From sequence record NZ_CP067423.1: DNA of 64,000 nt; one strand, given 5' to 3'. This DNA is from a plasmid. Shown here in pieces: positions 36,347 through 45,563 of the stretch (positions are counted from its first letter, which is position 1; every line of letters begins with the position of its first letter). The position numbers and the translations under genes are program-made. A model generated the notes under the pieces. That model did not search any database. It had not been told where the DNA came from and saw only the letters and a list, made by a program, of their open reading frames with translations.

Positions 36347-39300
36347 GTGGCGATCACGCACTTCACACCCCAATTGATCAGCCGCGGCGAAGGCCGCAGT
36401 GCTGTTGCGGCGGCTGCGTATCGCCATTGCGCCCGCATGGAGAACGAGCGCGAGGGCAGGGTGGCAGACTTCTCGCGCAAGCCCGGAATGGTCCATGAAG
36501 AGTTTGTGTTGCCGGGCGATGCGCCGGACTGGGCAAGGGCGCTTATTGCCGATCGCTCGGTTGCCGGCGCGTCCGAAGCCTTCTGGAATAAGGTGGAGGC
36601 GTTCGAGACCCGCAAGGACGCTCAGCTCGCCAAGGAGTTCATACTGGCGCTGCCGCGCGAGCTGACCGCCGAGCAGAATATCGCAATGATGTGCGAGTTC
36701 GTCGCGGAACATGTGAGCACGCGAGGGCTGGTTGCGGACTGGGTTTACCATGACGCGCCGGGCAATCCGCATGTGCATCTGATGACGACATTGCGCCCGC
36801 TGACGGAAGACGGTTTCGGCGGCAAGAAGGTGCTTGTCATCGCAGAGGACGGACGGCCGGTCAGGTCGAAATCCGGCCAGATCGTTTACAAGCTCTGGGC
36901 CGGTGACAAGGCGGACTTCCTCGCTATGCGCGAGGCCTGGTACGCCGCGCAGAACAAGCATCTGGAATTGAACGGCCATGACATTCGCGTCGATGGCCGC
37001 TCCTATGCCGAGCGTGGCATCGACCTTGAACCGACTTCGCATATCGGTGTTGCCAGCAAAAACATTCAGCGGCAAGCGGAGGCTGAAGGGCGCGCGGCCA
37101 GGCTTGAACGGCTCGCATTGCACGAGGAAACGCGGCGCGAGAATGCGCGCCGGATAGAGCGCCGGCCGGAGATCGTGCTGGAGGCGATCGCGCGCGAGAA
37201 GAGCGTCTTCGACGAGCGCGATGTCGCCAAATATCTGCACCGCTATGTCGATGATCCCGGCCAGTTCGCCAACTTGCTGGCGCGCGTCATGGGAAGTCCG
37301 GAGGCCGTGAGGATTGAAGTCGAGGGCGTCGATCCCGAGACCGGCGAGCGATTGCCGGAGCGTTTTGCGACGCGCGACATGATCCGCATTGAGGCCGAGA
37401 TGGGGAACCAGGCCGAGCATCTTGCGACGAACGGCCGGTTCGGCGTCTCAATCAGCGCGCGCGCCGAAGTCGTTGCCGGCCATGCGCAGATTTCCGACGA
37501 GCAGAGCTTCGGCCTGGAACGCATCACTGGTAACGAGCGCCTCGCCATCATCGTCGGCCGCGCCGGCGCCGGCAAGACGACGATGATGAAGGCCGCGCGC
37601 GAAGCATGGGAGGCTTCCGGCTATCGTGTTGTCGGCGGTGCGCTCGCGGGCAAGGCCGCCGAGGGGCTGGAGAAGGAGGCGGGCATTGCGTCGCGAACGC
37701 TCGCGTCCTGGCAGCTCCAATGGGAGGGGGGCCGCCTTCACCTGGACAACAGATGCGTGTTCGTCATGGACGAGGCGGGCATGGTGTCGTCGCGCCAGAT
37801 GGCCGACTTCGTTTCTGCTGTTGCCCATGCAGGCGCCAAGCTCGTTCTTGTCGGCGATGCCGACCAATTACAGCCGATCGAGGCGGGCGCTGCGTTCCGC
37901 TCGCTTGCCGATCGCGTCGGTTATGCCGAGCTCGGCACGATCTACCGCCAGCGTGAGCAGTGGATGCGCGATGCCTCGATGGATCTTGCCCGAGGCAAGA
38001 TCGGGGCGGCGATCTCCGCCTATAAGGGGAAGGGACGCCTGGTCGGAATGGAGTTGAAGGACCAGGCGGTCAGCGCGCTCATTCGCGACTGGATTGCCGA
38101 CTACGACCCGAACCGGTCGAGCCTGATCCTTGCGCATCTTCGCCACGATGTGCGGACACTGAACGAGCTGGCGCGTGGCGCGCTCCTCGAGCGCGGATTG
38201 ATCGAAGACGGCCATGCCTTCCGCACGGAAGACGGCATGCGGAACTTCGCGGTCGGCGACCAGATCGTGTTCCTGAAGAACGAGGGTTCGCTTGGCGTCA
38301 AGAACGGCATGATCGGCCGCATTGTCGAGGCCGAGACGGGCCGTATCGTGACCGAGATCGGAGACGACAGACGGCGCGTCGAGATCGACCAGCGGTTCTA
38401 TCGCAATGTGGATCATGGCTATGCGACCACCATCCATAAGTCCCAAGGCGCCACCATCGATCGGGTGAAGGTGCTGGCGACCCTCTCGCTCGACAGGCAT
38501 CTGACCTATGTGGCGATGACCCGGCACCGGCATGACGCAAAACTCTATTTCGGACGACGCTCGTTCGAGAAGGCGGGCGGGCTCATTCAGAACCTGTCGA
38601 AGCGCGGGGCCAAGGACACGACGCTCGATTTCACCGGATCGAAGCTCTACGAGCAGGCGCTTTCCTACGCCAACAGCCGCGGCCTCCACGGCGCGCGCGT
38701 GGCGAAAGCCCTTGTCGAAAACCAGCTCCGTTGGATCAGGGAGCAGCGCGATCGGCTCGAGACGGCCGCCGCCAGGCTCGCAAGCTTCATCGGGCGGTTC
38801 GGCCGTGCCGCCGATCGTCAGGCAGCGGCTGCCGCGACTGCCTCTCCCGTTTCCCAGCCCTGGGTTCGCGGCCTCGCGACCTGGGCGCAATCCATCCCGC
38901 AGCTCGTGGAGGCCAAATTGCAATCAGACGCCACACTCACCCATGCCTGGACCCAGCTTCGAGACCGCGTCACTCAAGTCTATGAGAAGCCCGATGGCGC
39001 GATCGATGCGATGAACCTTTCCACAATCATGAGCGCCAATGTAGCGGAAAGGCAGGCAGCGCAAAGCCGCATCGTCGACCAGCTCGGTCGCGATCCGGAA
39101 GCCTTCGGCGCGATGCGCGGCAAGACCGGCATGTTTGCCTCATCGGACGCGAAGGCCGAGCGGCAGCGGGCCTTGAACAACGTTCCGGCACTCAAGGACA
39201 ATATTGCCCGATATGTGCGGCTGCGCGCCGAGATCGGAGATCTTCGCACCGTCGAATTGTCACGCGAGCGCGATCGCAGCCGGGTCGACATTCCTGCATT

Positions 39301-39649
39301 GTCCGGATCGGCGCAGGGCGTGCTTGACCGCATCCGCGATGCGATCGATCGCAACGACCTTTCGGCCGCGCTCGGTTTTGCCCTTGCTGACAAAATGGCG
39401 AAAGCAGAGATCGACCAGCTCAACAAGGCGCTCGACCAGCGGTTTGGGGAACGGGCATTCCTTGGCTCGAAAGAGGCCAAAGGGCCGGCCTATGATGCAG
39501 CCGCGGCACAAGTCGCCGAGGGCGACCGCTCGAAACTGGTGGCAGCCTGGCCGAGCTTCAGTGCCGCCCAGCGCGTTGCGGCCTATGAGCGGGCGCAGAA
39601 GGAGACGCGGGCTCAGAGCCAGGTCCGCGATCAGGGCATGAGCCGATGA
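36347..39649 (+). CDS. traA: Conjugative relaxase/helicase TraA (MobQ-type relaxase N-terminus plus RecD/TraA-like helicase C-terminus)
   Basis: GTG start (VAITHFTPQLISRGEGRSAVAAAAYRHCARMENERE), matching the Ti TraA/MobA relaxase motif I. The HxDxxxPHxH-like motif is YHDAPGNPHVHLM. The helicase Walker A is GRAGAGKTT. Confidence 0.9.
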   Translation: MAITHFTPQLISRGEGRSAVAAAAYRHCARMENEREGRVADFSRKPGMVHEEFVLPGDAPDWARALIADRSVAGASEAFWNKVEAFETRKDAQLAKEFILALPRELTAEQNIAMMCEFVAEHVSTRGLVADWVYHDAPGNPHVHLMTTLRPLTEDGFGGKKVLVIAEDGRPVRSKSGQIVYKLWAGDKADFLAMREAWYAAQNKHLELNGHDIRVDGRSYAERGIDLEPTSHIGVASKNIQRQAEAEGRAARLERLALHEETRRENARRIERRPEIVLEAIAREKSVFDERDVAKYLHRYVDDPGQFANLLARVMGSPEAVRIEVEGVDPETGERLPERFATRDMIRIEAEMGNQAEHLATNGRFGVSISARAEVVAGHAQISDEQSFGLERITGNERLAIIVGRAGAGKTTMMKAAREAWEASGYRVVGGALAGKAAEGLEKEAGIASRTLASWQLQWEGGRLHLDNRCVFVMDEAGMVSSRQMADFVSAVAHAGAKLVLVGDADQLQPIEAGAAFRSLADRVGYAELGTIYRQREQWMRDASMDLARGKIGAAISAYKGKGRLVGMELKDQAVSALIRDWIADYDPNRSSLILAHLRHDVRTLNELARGALLERGLIEDGHAFRTEDGMRNFAVGDQIVFLKNEGSLGVKNGMIGRIVEAETGRIVTEIGDDRRRVEIDQRFYRNVDHGYATTIHKSQGATIDRVKVLATLSLDRHLTYVAMTRHRHDAKLYFGRRSFEKAGGLIQNLSKRGAKDTTLDFTGSKLYEQALSYANSRGLHGARVAKALVENQLRWIREQRDRLETAAARLASFIGRFGRAADRQAAAAATASPVSQPWVRGLATWAQSIPQLVEAKLQSDATLTHAWTQLRDRVTQVYEKPDGAIDAMNLSTIMSANVAERQAAQSRIVDQLGRDPEAFGAMRGKTGMFASSDAKAERQRALNNVPALKDNIARYVRLRAEIGDLRTVELSRERDRSRVDIPALSGSAQGVLDRIRDAIDRNDLSAALGFALADKMAKAEIDQLNKALDQRFGERAFLGSKEAKGPAYDAAAAQVAEGDRSKLVAAWPSFSAAQRVAAYERAQKETRAQSQVRDQGMSR

Positions 39650-40179
39650 CGAGACATTGCAGGGCGCTTGCGATCATCGGCGCCGGCGCCGTGCTTCTCG
39701 GTTCGATGGCGGCAGCCTTTGCATGGGGCGGCTATCGCGTGAACTTCACGCCCTCCTATCCGCTTGGCCTTTGGCAGATAGAAACGCTGGACCGCCCGGT
39801 TGCGGTCGGCGACAGAGTGTTCATCTGCCCGCCTTCCGGTCCTGCCGTCGATCTCGCCCGCGAGCGCTTTTATCTGCCCAGAGGTCGTTGCCCGGCCGGA
39901 ACAGCGCCGCTCATCAAGACCGTGGTCGCATTGGCCGGACAGTCCATCCGCGTCGAGGGCCAGGTCATCATAGATGATGTGCCCTTGGCAGCTTCGACCG
40001 TTCACGCACAGGACACCGAGGGGCGGCCGATGAAGCCCTGGATGGGCGGCATCGTGCCCAAGGGCGAAGTGTTTCTTCATTCCGATTTCGGTGGTTCCTA
40101 TGATTCAAGATATTTTGGGCCGCTTCCTGCCGACGGCATCCTCGGCCTCGCACGGGAAATCCTCACCTTCACGCCGTAG
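39646..40179 (+). CDS. traF: Conjugative signal-peptidase-like protein TraF
   Basis: It is an S26/TraF-family protein (WMGGIVPKGEVFLHSDFGGSYDSRYFGPL). It is translationally coupled to traA. Confidence 0.85.
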   Translation: MTRHCRALAIIGAGAVLLGSMAAAFAWGGYRVNFTPSYPLGLWQIETLDRPVAVGDRVFICPPSGPAVDLARERFYLPRGRCPAGTAPLIKTVVALAGQSIRVEGQVIIDDVPLAASTVHAQDTEGRPMKPWMGGIVPKGEVFLHSDFGGSYDSRYFGPLPADGILGLAREILTFTP

Positions 40180-41323
40180 CCTTCTGCAGGCCATTCTATT
40201 CGCCGCCGGCGGCGCTGCCACCGGAGCGATAGGGTGGAGTGGGCATCCGCTCACCTTCGCCCTCGGCATAGCCTTCCCTGCGCTTTGGGCCCTCGCTCCG
40301 TCGCGCACGGTCGCGGCCCTGGTCGCGCTGGCGCATTTTCTCGGCGCATCGCGCGGCCTGCCGGAGGGCGCTTCGATCTTTTTCGGGGCGCAGCTCACCA
40401 TCGGCCTTGGCCTCTGGCTTGCCGCCTCGCTCATGTTCGTTGCCGTCCACACTGCACTCTGGACGTCGCGTGGCGGCTGGCGCCAGCCACTTCGCTACGC
40501 GATAGCGGCCGTCCTTATGAGCGTGCCGCCGTTCGGGACCGTCGGTTGGGCACATCCGATCACCGCAGCTGGAATTCTCTTCCCGGGCTGGGCCTGGTTC
40601 GGCCTTGCCGCAACCGCCGCCCTGTTGATCACGATGACGACCCGCCTATGGCCGATTGCGGCCGGCGTTGCAGCCCTCGCCTTCGCCTGGTCCGCCTTTA
40701 ATTGGACGCTTCCGGCCGAGCCGGAAGGCTGGCGGGGCATCGACACCAGGTTCAGGTTCGAAGCTTCGGGCCAGTATGCCGACTACCGTCAGCAGGTCTC
40801 GACGATACAGCTGGTCGAGGCCGCCGCCAGCGACGGCGCGCGTGTCGTGATCCTGCCGGAAAGCGCCATGGGCTTGTGGAGCGCCACCACAGAGCGGCTT
40901 TGGACCCGCGAGCTTTCCAGCCTCGACATCCTGGTCAATGGCGGTGCGGCGATCGTCGATCCCGTCGGCTACGACAATGTGATGATCGGGGTTTCGGGGA
41001 AGGGCGCGGATATCCTTTACCGCGAGCGCATGCCGGTCCCGGTCTCCATGTGGCAACCCTGGACGACCGGCGGGGCGCACGCGCGGTTGTTCGCCAATCC
41101 GGTCTTCGAGTTCGCCGGGCTGAGGGTTGCGCCGCTGATCTGCTACGAACAGCTCATCATCTGGCCCGTCATCCAGTCGATGCTTTTCGCGCCGGACGCG
41201 CTTGTCGCAACCGGCAACGCCTGGTGGACCGGCGACACCAATATCGTCGCCATCCAGCGGTCGAGCGCGCAGGCGTGGGCTTCGCTGTTCGGCCTGCCGC
41301 TGGTGATGGCGTTCAACGAATAG
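40091..41323 (+). CDS. traB: Conjugal transfer protein TraB (Ti-type)
   Basis: It is a multi-pass membrane N-terminal half followed by a soluble half, sitting in the traAFBH position. The ORF start overlaps traF by 89 nt, so the true start may be downstream. Confidence 0.7.
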   Translation: MVPMIQDILGRFLPTASSASHGKSSPSRRSLLQAILFAAGGAATGAIGWSGHPLTFALGIAFPALWALAPSRTVAALVALAHFLGASRGLPEGASIFFGAQLTIGLGLWLAASLMFVAVHTALWTSRGGWRQPLRYAIAAVLMSVPPFGTVGWAHPITAAGILFPGWAWFGLAATAALLITMTTRLWPIAAGVAALAFAWSAFNWTLPAEPEGWRGIDTRFRFEASGQYADYRQQVSTIQLVEAAASDGARVVILPESAMGLWSATTERLWTRELSSLDILVNGGAAIVDPVGYDNVMIGVSGKGADILYRERMPVPVSMWQPWTTGGAHARLFANPVFEFAGLRVAPLICYEQLIIWPVIQSMLFAPDALVATGNAWWTGDTNIVAIQRSSAQAWASLFGLPLVMAFNE

Positions 41324-41334
41324 GATAGGGAACC

Positions 41335-41937
41335 ATGATCGATGCCGAACTGATCCAGCAATGTGCCGATCCCAGCCTCAAGGTCGAGATCGTGCAAAAA
41401 TTCATCGAGGAGGCCGGCGGTGCCGACCATCTGACCGTCACCGTTAGGGCAGGGGAGCGCATCATCCTTGTACCGAAACCATCGACCGAGTACGAGGCGA
41501 TGCAACTCATCCAGCAGAATTTGGGTCAGTCGATTGTCAGGGTAGGAGTGACTCAGTACCCGGCCGGCCTCGGCATTCAGGACATCTCCGAGCTCAGCCC
41601 GGACCTACTCGATTCCTGCAAGAACATTGGCATGGGCACCGCGCTCTTTGCCAAGGTCTATCGCATCGTCGCCAAATGGTATGGAGCACCCGCCCAGGAG
41701 GTCCTTGAGGAGGCGATATTCGCCTACAAGACCGGGTGGTTCGACGGAAAGCAGGTGTTCTATGAGTCCGACCCCGGCGAAACCGAGCTTGCCGAGCCGC
41801 AGCCAGCGGAGCAGGGCGCTCGGGTTGCGGCAGAGAGCACCGGCCCATCGGAGCCGCCTTTTTCGGAGGAAGATCCGAACAAGGCCGGTATCCGCATCGA
41901 TCTCTCCGGAATTAGCAGCAACAATAAAGAGCAATGA
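41335..41937 (+). CDS. traH: Conjugal transfer protein TraH (Ti-type)
   Basis: The call rests on the position after traB and on size (200 aa; MIDAELIQQCADPSLKVEIVQKFIEEAGG). Confidence 0.7.
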   Translation: MIDAELIQQCADPSLKVEIVQKFIEEAGGADHLTVTVRAGERIILVPKPSTEYEAMQLIQQNLGQSIVRVGVTQYPAGLGIQDISELSPDLLDSCKNIGMGTALFAKVYRIVAKWYGAPAQEVLEEAIFAYKTGWFDGKQVFYESDPGETELAEPQPAEQGARVAAESTGPSEPPFSEEDPNKAGIRIDLSGISSNNKEQ

Positions 41938-42320
41938 GTATCCACGTCGTCGTCACCATCATGCTTTGCGTACTGTCGTGCGAACCGGCCGAAATCCGTG
42001 TCTGGGACGGGGACTCCCTGCGGCTCGGGATGACGCAGGAGTCCGAGGCGATCCGCATCTTCAACATCGATGCGCCGGAGATTGAGGGGCAGTGTGCCTA
42101 TGAAAGCGATCTGGCGCAGCGTTCAAAACATCGACTGGCGGAGTTGTTGCAGGGTCAGCGCGTCGAGGTCCTGCGCCAAGGCACGGACCGCTATGGCCGC
42201 ACGCTTGCGAGCGTGAGCGTCAACGGCAGGGACGTCGGCGACATTCTCGTCAGTGAAGGCCTCGCCAGAATCTGGAGCGGCCGGCGCGAGCCGTGGTGTT
42301 TAGGCGATGCTGGCGGGTAG
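41934..42320 (+). CDS. Thermonuclease (SNase-like) family protein
   Basis: SNase-type residues are present (RVWDGDSLRL...IRIFNIDAPE...DRYGRTLASVSVNGRDVGDILVSEGLA). An N-terminal hydrophobic signal is present. It is coupled to traH. Confidence 0.75.
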   Translation: MSIHVVVTIMLCVLSCEPAEIRVWDGDSLRLGMTQESEAIRIFNIDAPEIEGQCAYESDLAQRSKHRLAELLQGQRVEVLRQGTDRYGRTLASVSVNGRDVGDILVSEGLARIWSGRREPWCLGDAGG

Positions 42321-42404
42321 CCAGCCGAGCTCTCGCGGATTTCGCAGTCAGTCAAGATGCGCCGCTAATGTAGGACCATCCGTAGATGACCGCATTTAGG
42401 TGAG

Positions 42405-45400
42405 TCAGCGCCGATAGATATCCAAATCCGGAAATGTTGGACTGCCAGGGGTCCAGAACTCCACGCTATCGGCGTGCATCTCGTAGAATTCGCGGTCTAC
42501 GGTGATACGCACCGCATGCGGTAAAAATCCATCGACGAGGCGGTAATCCTTCTCGTCGAGATGAACAGCTTCTGTCCCGAGCGGCAGCAATATCGGCCTG
42601 TCCAAAACGGCACGGAGATTGGAAAGCGTTATGGCCGGATCAAGACGGACCGGCACCTCGAGGTCTTCATCCGCGAACTCATCGAGGTTGAGGGCAGAAT
42701 CGTCCCCTGCAGATATCGCATTTTCGAGCGCCTGAAGAGCATCATTGCGCTTGGCGTCAGGGGCGTTCGAGGTGGACAAGACCGATTCTTCGATGAGCCG
42801 TGGCAAGCGCGTGAGGATTGGTTGAAGCCCGCCTACAACCTTTTCGAAGATCGAAATGCGACTGCGCAGCGCGCGATAGACGTCGGCCTCGACCGTATCT
42901 TCGTAGTGCAGGTTGATGATCCGAATATCAGAAAACCGCTGACCGAGGCGATCAATGCGCCCGATCCGCTGTTCAACGCGCATCGGATTCCAAGGCATAT
43001 CGTAATTCACCAAAGCACCACAGAACTGGAAATTCAGACCTTCGGCAGCTGCGTCGGTGCACACCAGGACTTCGGAACGGCCTTCCTTGAAGCGCCGTTT
43101 GACATCGTCGCGCGTGATCAACCTCCAAGTGCCATCGGTGTTGCGCACTTCACCGCCGCGACCGGAAAAGCACATCACCGAGTTTCCGGCGCCGACAAGC
43201 AGGTCCCGAAGATAATCCATCGTGTCCGTGAACTGGGTGAACACCATCACCTGCGGATAGCCGCTGCCCTTGAGCTCGGCCAGAACCTTCGAAAGCTCGA
43301 TGGCCTTAGTGTCGGTCGGCAGCAGTGTGATATCAGCCACGATAGTTTCGATGGTCGCGATCTCTTCGAACGCGAGGGCGCGTCGCTCGTCCTCTGACAC
43401 AGTTTCGATATCTATTTCTTCGCCGGCCTCGACTTGGTCGGCGACGTCCTCATCGATCCTGGCTTCATCGGCTGCGGTGAGAAACCCTCCTACACCACCT
43501 TTTCGCTTCTCCATCGTCTGCCGAAGGGCATGGAAACTTGACGCAAGGCGCCGGCGATAGATCGTCATCACGAATCCCACGGCGTTGCGGGCATCAGGCG
43601 CCGCGGCATTGTATGTCTCGGAAATGTAGGTTTCGACCTGCTGGTAGAGGTCGCCTTCCTCTACCGACAGCGGAATGAAGCGGTCTTCGACTTGCCGCGT
43701 TGCGATGGCAGCCGACATCTTGCCGGCCTTGAAGTATTTGCGCAGCAATTCGCGTGTGTGGCGCGAAACGAGCGCGCCGACCGGTGTCGATCGCTTGATG
43801 ATCGCAATCGCCGTGCGGCGTTCTTCCGGCGAAAGCTGCCGGCGCGGTATCGAAACCAGATCGCGCAGCGCTTGGAGGACTTTCCGGGTCTTCAGTCCGC
43901 TCAGCCGGGTCTGCCGTTCCGCATCCGCCCGCGAGACTTCTCCAAAATGGGCCTCGTTCGCCCGGAAGAGCGCCGAAAGCCAATCGAGGCTTTCGTTGGT
44001 TACAGGTTCCTTCGCGACTTCTGAGAAGAAGCGGACGAAGGCATCCGGTGTCCATTCAGGCGGCAGGCCTAACAGGTCGAGCAAATCCCAGAGTTCCGTG
44101 GCGTGGACCTGCAAGGGTGTTGCGGTAAGGAGGATTAGCCCGTCCGTTCGACGCCGCAACGACCGCATCAATTGGAGAAGCCGGTTCGGGCCTTTGGCTT
44201 GCGGCGTTCCAGCGCCCTTCGTTCGGGCGTGATGCGCTTCATCAAGGACAACGAGATCCCACGGATCGGCCGCTTCCAGAATTTCGCGTTGTCGATCCTG
44301 GCGCCTCGCGAGATGGCTCGACATGATCACGAATGGCTCACGATGCCACGCCTCGCGAGACACCGGCTTTTCGAAATCATGATCCCGCGCCGGCGACCGA
44401 TACCACGTCAATTTCTGGCCATCGTAGATCGGCCAATTCAGGTTGAACTTTTCGCGTAGTTCGATCTGCCATTGCTTGCAGACGTTCTTGGGCGCGAGGA
44501 CCAGCGCGCGCTTGATCCTGCCCGCCAACCAAGCTTGGCGAAGCAGCAGCCCGGCCTGAACCGTCTTCCCGAGACCAACTTCATCGGCAATCAGAAGCTT
44601 CGGCGGCCAGTTGTCATAGAGGCGATGATAGGCGCGGATTTGATGCGGCCAAGGCACGACCGCGGAAGTCGCTTCGCCCACGCGATCGCCGCCGATGGCT
44701 TGAACGGCAGCGTTGGCGATCTTTTCCCAAACGGCCTGGCGTTCTTCATCGATCGAAACACTTGGCCCCGGCCCAATAGTGATTGGCTCATCATCATGGG
44801 CCGGTCCTTGAGTCGGTCTGGGTGCCGATGGTCCCGTCGATTGGTCGTCGTGTTCAGCGAGGCGCTTAGGCAATTTTTCGGGGTCGGGCAGGAAGGTCAG
44901 CAGTTGCTCGCGCAGCGCCGTTGGCACATCAAGCGTGATCGCCCGGCGGGCGCGGTCAGCCCAGAGCTTCGCGAAGCTTGCTTCTTCTTCGTCAACGCGC
45001 GGGCCGTCATTCCACGACGTGAAGGCGTTGAAGCTTTCCCAGTTCCGCGTCCAACCGAATTCGGTTTCGTTGATGCTACCGTTGAAGGCCATCCGATCGC
45101 CGGTCTTGTCCTCGATGATGCCGGTCTTTTCGTGAAAGATGCTGTCGTCGCGGATCGGCCGGCGGTCGAGGTCGCAGGGCACGGCAAGCTTCACATCGAG
45201 AAAGCTGTTGGCCACCATCCAGGCGACAAGTTCGAGGGCATCGATCGTCCGCGGATCGGCCGTCAAGATCGGCATCTTGATTAGCGTCCGTTCAACGGCG
45301 TCGCGGAGAGATTCGCCGCGCTCGATGGCCGCAACCTCTTCTTCGCCGAGAGTGCAGCCGACGATCAGGCGCATCCGCCCATTATTGACGATTAGCCCTT

Positions 45401-45563
45401 CGACGCCCCGGGCAGCAAGCGCCAAGGCGCGTGCCGAGAAATAGCCTGTAAGGCGATCGTATCGAGTGGCCGAGCGCAACGCAGGCACATAGAATAGCCG
45501 GACGAGGTCACCATCGTCCGGTGTATATTTGAGGCGCCATGCGGTGTCGCGCAGAAGCGTCAA
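42405..45563 (-). CDS. PLD-family (HKD) nuclease domain fused to an SNF2-family helicase
   Basis: The N-terminal HxK(x)4D motif is HEKTGIIEDKTGD. The SNF2 ATPase shows GLGKT, a DEAH box (VLDEAHHAR) and LLTATP. The helicase C domain is present. Length is 1052 aa. Confidence 0.8.
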   Translation of the reverse strand: MTLLRDTAWRLKYTPDDGDLVRLFYVPALRSATRYDRLTGYFSARALALAARGVEGLIVNNGRMRLIVGCTLGEEEVAAIERGESLRDAVERTLIKMPILTADPRTIDALELVAWMVANSFLDVKLAVPCDLDRRPIRDDSIFHEKTGIIEDKTGDRMAFNGSINETEFGWTRNWESFNAFTSWNDGPRVDEEEASFAKLWADRARRAITLDVPTALREQLLTFLPDPEKLPKRLAEHDDQSTGPSAPRPTQGPAHDDEPITIGPGPSVSIDEERQAVWEKIANAAVQAIGGDRVGEATSAVVPWPHQIRAYHRLYDNWPPKLLIADEVGLGKTVQAGLLLRQAWLAGRIKRALVLAPKNVCKQWQIELREKFNLNWPIYDGQKLTWYRSPARDHDFEKPVSREAWHREPFVIMSSHLARRQDRQREILEAADPWDLVVLDEAHHARTKGAGTPQAKGPNRLLQLMRSLRRRTDGLILLTATPLQVHATELWDLLDLLGLPPEWTPDAFVRFFSEVAKEPVTNESLDWLSALFRANEAHFGEVSRADAERQTRLSGLKTRKVLQALRDLVSIPRRQLSPEERRTAIAIIKRSTPVGALVSRHTRELLRKYFKAGKMSAAIATRQVEDRFIPLSVEEGDLYQQVETYISETYNAAAPDARNAVGFVMTIYRRRLASSFHALRQTMEKRKGGVGGFLTAADEARIDEDVADQVEAGEEIDIETVSEDERRALAFEEIATIETIVADITLLPTDTKAIELSKVLAELKGSGYPQVMVFTQFTDTMDYLRDLLVGAGNSVMCFSGRGGEVRNTDGTWRLITRDDVKRRFKEGRSEVLVCTDAAAEGLNFQFCGALVNYDMPWNPMRVEQRIGRIDRLGQRFSDIRIINLHYEDTVEADVYRALRSRISIFEKVVGGLQPILTRLPRLIEESVLSTSNAPDAKRNDALQALENAISAGDDSALNLDEFADEDLEVPVRLDPAITLSNLRAVLDRPILLPLGTEAVHLDEKDYRLVDGFLPHAVRITVDREFYEMHADSVEFWTPGSPTFPDLDIYRR

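Noticed and set aside
36263-37420. A 385-aa minus-strand ORF inside traA. A 351-aa ORF at 37868-38923 is a similar case.
   Set aside because: Both are antisense to the relaxase/helicase gene and have no motifs.
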